This document shows, one piece after another, positions 55,999 through 64,000 of a DNA stretch of 64,000 nucleotides (position 1 is the first letter of the stretch; each line of letters starts with the position of its first letter). The stretch lies in the NCBI GenBank assembly GCA_937625935.1, contig OW569368.1:248001-312000 (forward strand), given 5' to 3'. This DNA comes from Tetramitus jugosus (Eukaryota > Protista > Heterolobosea). The notes beneath the pieces are model-generated. The model had not been told where the DNA came from and did not search any database. It saw only the letters and a program-made list of their open reading frames with translations. A program made the position numbers and the translations under genes.

Positions 55999-58104
55999 TT
56001 ATTTTGCTTTGTTTGCAATTTGTTCAAAGGACTTCTTCTGTTCGTTCTCGCTTGCTATTCTCGAATTCAAGAATTGAAGCAGTCCCTCACCAAGCTCCTC
56101 GTTCATTGTTTTTTGGAACTGCTCCAGTTCAATGGGTTGTTCAGTTTCCATCTCCTTCACAATGGATGACATGCGATCCACAAACTCCTTTTGCTCCAAA
56201 ACTTTTTGTCTCGTTTCCATGAAAGCCTTCTCGTGCTTTGCATTCTTTGCCATCACAGCATCCAAATTCTTCTTCTCCAACAATTCCAACTTTTTCTCCA
56301 AGTCAGTCAAAGTGTTCTGAGCCAACTGCAACTCTGCATGTCTGCTCTGTGGCAACTCTAAATAGGCAATCATACTTGGTACGTGGTAGGTACGATACCA
56401 TTCCATATTCTTCTCCAACAGTGTTGTACCATACTTGACTACGGCAGCACCATGAGGAGCAACAACAACAGTTGAAGCAGTGGCACTTGGAGCAGCAGTA
56501 GTAGTAGTAGTAGTAGCCAGAGAAGGATTGTAGAGAGACATGAGTCTATCACCCAACTGGTGGAATGAGTCATGACTCTGCTTGTCCGTATTTCCAAAAA
56601 TCTTCAACTCTCTTCCAATGCTCTCCATGCTGTCCATCCATTCTGTGTTTTGTTTTCAAAAAAGATTGTCCATATCATTCATTCGTTCATTCATTCATTC
56701 TTAAAACTTTTGCAACAACAATCAAAGCAACAACAGAAGAATAAGAAGAAAATGTAAAAGAATGGTACGTACCATTGTGCTTCAATTGAACCTTCTTTGA
56801 TTGAAGAATCAATTGCTCTAATCCATCTCTCAATTGCTTATAGTAGAGCAATGCCTTCTCATCGACAGCACTTCTCGTCTGAGAAGACAATTTCCACTTT
56901 TTAAAGGAATAAAAGAGACCACTGCCACCAACACTGCTGGCACCACTTGAACCATTGCTTGAAGAAGGAGCAGAGGAGGCATCAGATGAGAATGTAGAAC
57001 CAAACAATTGAACAATACCTGGATCAATATACTCCATATTGTTCTAATCAGTCATTAGATTCATTCAATTGAAATGAAAATACACTTGTGTGTTAATCAA
57101 TCATAAACACACGCACATGAACACATGCACACATGAATACTTGTACACATGAATACATGTACACACACACACAAAACAATAGAGTGAGGTGGGAGGTGTT
57201 ACAACATACAGTAGTGTCCAATGTCAAGAATTCATACAATCGCTTACTGTTCTTCAACTTTTCATGAACAACAATTCTCTGTATGAATTTTTCTAGGAAT
57301 GGATTGCGTGTGGAATCAGAGTCCTTATTGGGATGTTGAATCAGTGTTCGTGGAGGTATGAGACAACCAGGGTATTCATCACTCACCATGACATACAACC
57401 ACTCAAAATGCTTTAAAGTTCTCTCTACATCATATGCTGTGATGATGATTGTTGTTTTTGTGTATGATTCAATGCACATGAACAGCACAATGTCCACCAC
57501 CACACACCACCACACACAGATACACACACAAATGGACAAATGGACAAATAGAAGAAGAAGAACCTAGTCAGCAAAACTCTATCACACACATACACATGCA
57601 CACACACACTTGATGTGTCATCATAACAGGTGTCTAATCAAGAATAAAATACACACATCTTCCATTGGCAAATGAAGTCTTGATCTTAAAGGTGGATAAT
57701 GATGATGATTTGCTGCTGCTCTTACCCATCGCTCTTGATGCATGAATCGTTAGAGATTCAATTGTGGGACAACGGAACTGCAAATCATACTTTTGACGAT
57801 TATTGGTAGTTGTGGAAGGAGTAGTGGGAGTAGTAATGGGTGAATTGAATGCTGATGATGATGCAGTGTTGGTGGTGCTAGCAGTCGTAGGAGTAGTCGA
57901 TATTGGATTCGATGGTTGTTCCATAAATTCACTGTCATCCTCTTCTTCATCATCACCACCACCACCACTGGCACCATATTCACTGAGATATGCACCATTG
58001 TTTCTGCGCAGTGGAGATGATGGTTGTTCAGCATTTTCAGTCAATACTTCGGCAGTAATGGTAGCAGACATGGGATCATCATCGATGGGGGAATTGTCAA
58101 ACAT
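55999..58104 (-). CDS. PX-BAR sorting nexin, 4 exons (introns 57656-57437, 57209-57044, 56772-56643)
   Basis: PX motif VERTLKHFEWLY...YPGCLIPP...LEKFIQRIVVHEKL..S..LYEFL and a C-terminal helical BAR-like region. The introns restore the frame. Confidence 0.8.
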
Positions 58105-58493
58105 TTTCAAAAATTTGTTGATTGAGCTTGTTGATTAATTGATTGATTTGTTGATTATATTGGTACAAAAAAAAATTGGGGGGATGGTTGGGGAATGGAT
58201 TGATTGTAATGCGAATGAATTATTAACAATGTACAATGATGATATCGCGTTGTTTCACTCTATCGATTGATTGATCGATTCGTTTCTTGTTGCTGTGTGA
58301 AATCAGTTTTTTTGGAGAGACTTGTCGTGTTTCTTTCTCTCTCTGGCTACCCCAACAACAACGGAAATTTTCCAAGTCGGGATGTTTTAATCATCCCCGA
58401 TCGCTCTCAACTACCAACAGGAGGACGGAAACCACCAAGGCAGGTTTGTGGCAAAACTTGGAGAGACAAAGTGTAATTTTTGAACGAAAATGT

Positions 58494-59327
58494 TTACTCT
58501 TGCATTCGGTCAACAGCAGCAGATGTTTCTTCCTCATCTTCAATCACAATCAGCTTCTTCAAGTCTTGAATCTTCTCATTCAGAACAGCAGTGGTGCCAC
58601 GTGGTAAATTGTATTGAATCTTGAACATTCTGGCACTTGGCACATCATAGCCTCTAATGTAATTGACGTGATCCTTCTTGATGACACACACGTCACAGTT
58701 ACTGCCCGATCCAAGATCATTGTAGATACCACTCGAGATGGCAGCATGCACCAATTGTTTTGCCTCTTCTTCAGTCATGTCGTCCTTGTAGCCTGCTTCG
58801 AATACGGACATGGCAGCCAATGAACCACTTCCCATGGTCACAAATGGCAACTTATCGGTGGAACCATGTGGATAGATAGTGTACAGATGAGGACCAGAGC
58901 TGTCGACTCCACCGAGCACCAATGCAGCACTGACATGACCCTGATAACGGAACAGCATTCGCTTGAGCATGGTCATGGCGGTCACTACTTTTGATTCGCG
59001 CTGTGTGGACAATCTGTGCAATGAGAGCTTGCTGCTAATGAGCAGTGTAGAGTTTTCAGTGTCGGCTGCTGTTCCTGCACCACAGCAGTAAATGTTGGGT
59101 GCAATGTAGTGAATCTTGGAACAATTCTTGTCAGCAACGACTGGACCATTGGTAGCACGTGTATCTGCACCAAGAACGACACCGTCCTTGAACAAGACAC
59201 CACAGATGGTAGTACCAGTCTTGAGTGCGCTTGGATGGACGGCTCCATGTTGAATCAAGTGTTCATTTCGATCAAAATTATCAAAATTGAAGCCACCAGC
59301 ATTTGCATTATTTGTACAAGGATTCAT
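58494..59327 (-). CDS. PSMB7: 20S proteasome subunit beta 2 (trypsin-like)
   Basis: Propeptide GGFNFDN...LKTG|[31 protein letters not shown] and NDLGSGSN. Confidence 0.96.
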   Translation of the reverse strand: MNPCTNNANAGGFNFDNFDRNEHLIQHGAVHPSALKTGTTICGVLFKDGVVLGADTRATNGPVVADKNCSKIHYIAPNIYCCGAGTAADTENSTLLISSKLSLHRLSTQRESKVVTAMTMLKRMLFRYQGHVSAALVLGGVDSSGPHLYTIYPHGSTDKLPFVTMGSGSLAAMSVFEAGYKDDMTEEEAKQLVHAAISSGIYNDLGSGSNCDVCVIKKDHVNYIRGYDVPSARMFKIQYNLPRGTTAVLNEKIQDLKKLIVIEDEEETSAAVDRMQE

Positions 59328-59902
59328 GTTTTTTTATGTGTGTGTGTTGTTTGTTGTATGTGCTTGTATGTACGATGATGTAATTTGGGTATGGTGATCG
59401 CTCGCGTGTATCGATTGAGAGAGAATGGACAACAAGAGAAACGATATCGATTTGGGTGGTAGGAACAAAAAAACAAAGGGCCGTACTACAAATATATGTC
59501 GATTGTTTTTTGTGTGGTGATGAGATCTCTTGTTTGTTGTGCTCTTGCTTCATTGCACTTACGAGCATATTTTTAGACGAGAACGGAATTGCACAACATT
59601 ACAAGGTCGGAGTATCGAAATCGCTGAAAATTTACAATTACTACTATTTTAAGAGCGTGCGAATGACAAGCTTACAAAAAAATCTTTGGATTCCAAATTC
59701 TCCTTACTCCTCTGAGGAAAATGACCGCCAACAACAAATCCCGCTCATCAAAAGATCTCAATCAGCACGTTTGTTTTGGCTTGCTCTGCTGCTTGGCGAA
59801 AAAAACACAACACAAAGAAACTCTCTGTTACGTCGTACCGTCGATACCAAAACAAACAACACAGTCGTTCTTTGACTCTCTTTATTAAATTCTTTCGTAA
59901 AA

Positions 59903-62900
59903 ATGGATATGCGTGGTTTGAGTGTGTTCATTTCTGATATCAGGAAATGTAAGTTGTCTTTTTTTTTCTCAGCCACAACAACCTTTTTATTTTTGATATC
60001 ATCATCATTATCATCAGCAAAACTCACTCACCACATATGACACACACATTTAGGCACAACAAAGGATGAAGAAACAAAAAAAGTGGACAAGGAATTGGCC
60101 AAGATTCGATCAAAGTTCAAGAGTGGTGGCTCTCTCAAGAGCTATGACAGAAAAAAATATGTTTGCAAGCTCTTGTACATTTACATGTTGGGTTATGACA
60201 TTGACTTTGGTCACATTGAGGCAGTGAACCTCCTCAGTTCCAACTCTTATGCAGAGAAGCACGTGGGATACTTGGCATGCACACTCTTGTTGAATGAAAA
60301 TCACGAGTTGGTCACACTGATTACCAACTCTATCAAGAGAGACATGAGCATGAAGGATCCAAATCTTCAATGCCTTGCACTGACTGCCACTGCCAATGTG
60401 GGTGGTAAGGAACAAGCAGAAGCACTCGCACAAGATGTACAAAAATTGTTGATTAGTGGTGATACAAAATTGTTGGTGAGAAAAAAGGCTGCATTGACAC
60501 TGTTGAGACTCTATCGCAAGTACCCTGAGATTTTGCCTGCTGATGCATGGAGTAGCCGTGTCATTTCACTATTGGGCAGCAAGGATCTCGGTGTCATTAC
60601 CAGTGTCATGGGACTCGTGTTGGGCATGGTCCAAAATGAACCAGAAGCCTATGTCGATGCCATTCAAAAAGCAGTTCGATTGCTCGTCAAACTCATTCTC
60701 AACAAGGACTTTAACTCTAATTATTTGTATTATTCGATACCTGCTCCATGGTTGCAAGTCAAGTTGTTCCAACTGTTGCAATACTATCCGTTGCCAAGGC
60801 AGGATGACGCTCTTGTCAGTCAAATTACTCAAGTGTTGAACAGAGTGATTGCCACTGCAGAGAGAACAAAGGGTGCTGGTGCTGGAGGTGGTGCTACTGG
60901 TGGCGCTGGAGGTGGTGTCGGTGGTTCTCAACAACGATCCGTCAGCAAGACCAATGCTGCTCATGCCGTCTTGTTCGAAGCACTCAACTTGGCCATTCAC
61001 TATGACAATGACAAGCAATTGCTCATCAATGCCACTCAATTGTTGAAGAGATACTTGCAGGAGAGAGACACCAATCTGAGGTACCTCTCACTTGATACTC
61101 TCTCTAGAATGGCCTACTCTGGCAATGAGGAAGTCATTATCAACATTAGAAAGAATCAAGATTCTGTCTTGTTGGCAATGAAGGACCCTGATATTTCCAT
61201 TAGGAGACGTGCACTCGATCTCCTGTACAGCATGTGTAACAGAAGCAATGCAGGTGAGATTGTGGGTGAATTGTTGAATTATTTGCCATTGAGTGACTAT
61301 GCGATTAGAGAGGAATTGGTGCTCAAGATTGCCATTTTGGCTGAAAAGTTTGCTGTGGATCTCACATGGTACGTTGATGTCATTCTCAACCTCATTAGTC
61401 AAGCAGGTGACTTTGTGACTGATGATATCTGGCATCGTGTGATTCAAATTGTGACCAACAAGGGTGAAGAATTGCAGAGATATACGGCAGGAACCGTGTT
61501 TACTGCAGTTTCCTCACCAGCTGCTCATGAAAAGTGCATTTTGATTGCTGGTTATGTGTTGGGTGAGTTTGGTGACATGGTTGCTGATTTGGAGCACAGT
61601 GCTCCTATGCTTCAATTCCAGACACTGTATGGAAAGATGGACCTGGTCTCCACAGCTACCAAGGCACTCATGCTCAGCACATTTATGAAAATGTACAACT
61701 TGTATCCTGATCACGAAGAATTGAGAGAGTTGATCAAGGGAGTGTTTGACAAGTACAGAAACTATTTGGATGCTGAGATTCAACAGAGAGCCAACGAATA
61801 CTACTATTTGATTGAGACTGGAAACGATGATTTGTTGTTGCAAGTGTTGGACAATATGCCTGCATTCCCAGAGAGAGAATCCAGTGTCATTCGAAGACTG
61901 TTGGAGAAGCAAGCGAGAGGCAAGGGTGGAAAGCAATCCTCTGCCAACACACCTCACGACGAAGAAGAAGAAGACGAGGAGGATGAAGATCACGGAGCAG
62001 CCGATCGCAATGCCAACAGAGGAGGTGCCTCCATGCTTGACATGGGTGACTTTTTGTCCTCTGGTTCTCAACAACAACAGCAACAGCAGCAACAAGCACC
62101 ACCTAGTGATGATGACTTTTTTGGTGGTTTGGTGTCCAGTGTTGCATCCATGCCACAACAACAACAAAACAATCAACCATCATTGGATGACTTGTTTGGT
62201 GGAATGGGCAGTGGTCAAATGATGAGCGGTGGAATGGGCAGTGGTGGTGCCAACATGATGGGTGGTGGCTATCAAGCACCTGCAAGACAAGCACCACAAC
62301 AATCTGGAATGTTGAACATGGATGACATGTTTGGAGGTATGTCCAGTGCAACCACTAGCCCACCACCATCCGTCAACCTTGCCAGTGCTGCTGCCTCTAT
62401 TGCTCAACAAAAGAGAGAAAATAGAGAGTTGAGTGGCAACAGTATTGATGACATGATTAGAAGCAACTCCATCCTCGGTTCCGAGATTATTCAATCCGAG
62501 GAGGCTCATGCTGCAGCCCGCGAGTTCTTCAAGGATCTCATCTTTACTGACTCTGGTATTGTCATTGAAGACGCTCACTTGCAAGTCAAGGTGAAGATGG
62601 AATTCCATGGCAACAAGGGCAGAGTTCAAGTCTTGTTCGGTAACAAGACTGATGAGCCATTGACTCAATTCAGATCCGAAGTTGGTGACCACCCATCTCT
62701 CCAGACACAAGTGTCCAATGTTGCTCCACTGATTGCCAAGAAGACACAAGTCAAGCAATTCATTGAAGTGACCTGCTTGAGACCATTCAGAGATCCATTG
62801 CAATTGACTCTCTTCTTCCAACACAACAGACAATTCTACCGATTCAATGTGTCATTGCCAGTTGTTTTGCACAAGTTTGTTGAGCCATTGAATCTGATTG

Positions 62901-63244
62901 GTGGTGATGCATTCTTCCAACAGTGGAATCGCATTGAGAAGGGATCACCTCACGAACACCAGAGAGCATTCCGTCAAAACACCGCTCTCTATCCAACTAT
63001 TGACTCTGTGAAGCAATTGTTGAGAGAGGGAATGCATATGGGCGTGTTGGAGAATGTGGATCCAAATCCAAACAATTTGGTCTCCTGTGGCACCGTTGCC
63101 TGGAAAGGAGGTCAGGAAGCTGTTTTGATTCGTTGTGAATTGAACGCTCCAAAGCAAGCATTCAGACTCACGGTCAGAAGTGCAGATGTCACCGTAGGAA
63201 AAGAGATTCAAGACAGAATTGTGAACCGCATTGGTCTCTTATAA
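59903..63244 (+). CDS. AP2A: AP-2 complex subunit alpha, 2 exons (intron 59949-60053)
   Basis: Exon 1 MDMRGLSVFISDIRK, then DKELAKIRSKFK, KKYVCKLLYIYMLG, PWLQVK and ALDLLYSMC, with a hinge and an ear domain (VDPNPNN). Confidence 0.96.
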
Positions 63245-63320
63245 AACAACCAAACTTTCCATAAAGCTTTACACTGTATTTTCAATCTCTTCCCGTCGTC
63301 TGTTGAATAGATGAATTTTT

Positions 63321-64000
63321 TTATTCTGGGTATTGTTGTTCTTGTGGCTTAGCTCTAAATGTGCATTGCAGTGCTTGTGACTGCTCCCATTGCTCATCGT
63401 CCAACAACCAGAGGAATCCCTTGAAACTATAGAAACGTTTCATCTTGTTCTTCTTGCCGATGACCCAGTTGTTGTGCACGACGTGAATATTGGGAAAGTT
63501 GTTTTGAATGTTGCCACGTGCACCAAAGTACACTGCACCACTCGGATAAGACTCCATGGGTAGGTATTGCACTTTGAGATGTCCGCGATACTTGTTCAAC
63601 AGATCCTGCTCCGTCTCCACAGAAATGTTGTTGAGTATCTGGTGTGCGTGTTTCTCCGTCACGATATCCCATATCCGTTTCATGGTCCGCGTATTGTTCA
63701 AATAGAGAAATCCACCGCAAATGATGGTTCGGATGTGGAGACTCGCACTGGGTTCATCATTCTGTGCCACCAGATCCATTCCACTGTATCGACTGTGAAT
63801 AAAGTCGAGTGGACTGTGGAACCATATAGAGTCCGAATCAACGAGCAACACTCGATGATTCATGTGAAGAATTTTTCGAATGAACCGTGTGCGATGAACC
63901 ATCAACAATTGATAATCTCTCGTATCATACTTGAGATCCTTGTTATCATTATTATTGTTGTTCTTATTATTATTGTTGTTATTGTTCGTTGTGTCAGTGT
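63321..64000 (-). CDS. Nucleotide-diphospho-sugar transferase (GT77-like), 5' truncated by the window edge
   Basis: DxD motif LLVDSDSIW, CGGFLY, EQDLLN and VHNNW. The frame is open to the window end. Confidence 0.85.
   Translation of the reverse strand, partial: TDTTNNNNNNNKNNNNNDNKDLKYDTRDYQLLMVHRTRFIRKILHMNHRVLLVDSDSIWFHSPLDFIHSRYSGMDLVAQNDEPSASLHIRTIICGGFLYLNNTRTMKRIWDIVTEKHAHQILNNISVETEQDLLNKYRGHLKVQYLPMESYPSGAVYFGARGNIQNNFPNIHVVHNNWVIGKKNKMKRFYSFKGFLWLLDDEQWEQSQALQCTFRAKPQEQQYPE

Noticed and set aside
24188-63244. A functional cluster of proteostasis/trafficking genes (SENP8, F-box, ATG5, SNX, PSMB7, AP2A)
   Set aside because: They are interspersed with unrelated genes and these categories are abundant in any eukaryote, so there is no evidence of an operon-like system.
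1-64000. Numerous antisense/alternate-frame ORFs in the track (e.g. 60569..61039, 61514..62176, 62180..62833, 53300..53791, 51283..51648)
   Set aside because: They are shadows of real genes, caused by codon bias and triplet repeats (poly-V/L/C translations) with no motifs.
1-64000. Alternative genetic code, selenocysteine or frameshifting as an explanation for broken ORFs
   Set aside because: Every break examined is resolved by a canonical GT-AG intron that restores the frame.

Overview
This is a gene-dense eukaryotic (protist) nuclear window, not prokaryotic. It holds about 32 protein-coding genes with short intergenic spacers and short GT-AG spliceosomal introns (45-225 nt; donors mostly GTATGT/GTAAGT; CTAAC-type branch points). 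Many genes carry poly-N/Q/T/S/H tracts. The gene mix (Zn2Cys6 TF, SHAQKYF Myb, DYRKP-type kinase, GP63/leishmanolysin, RGS, RasGAP, CCDC17-like) suggests a free-living amoeba/amoeboflagellate such as a heterolobosean; this is inference only. Recognisable genes are COG7, thiamine pyrophosphokinase, a 3-hydroxyisobutyrate dehydrogenase-like enzyme, CK1, a DHHC palmitoyltransferase, DYRK, MRM2/RrmJ, SENP8, DJ-1/PfpI, ABCG, RGS, PH-RasGAP, M8 protease, Myb, ATG5, dienelactone hydrolase, sorting nexin, proteasome beta2, AP-2 alpha and a GT77 glycosyltransferase. I found no tRNA, rRNA, CRISPR or mobile element. No single new multi-gene 'system' is proven. The best leads are: (1) a myristoylated permuted-papain (PPPDE/LRAT-like) protein head-to-head with SENP8; (2) an ABCG half-transporter with a very large receptor-like ectodomain; (3) two apparent pseudo-enzymes (DJ-1 lacking Cys/Glu; GP63 lacking the third Zn His); (4) a split-PH RasGAP that may splice into the next ORF; (5) a templated-insertion scar in a 3' UTR. 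Exon coordinates were read by eye.
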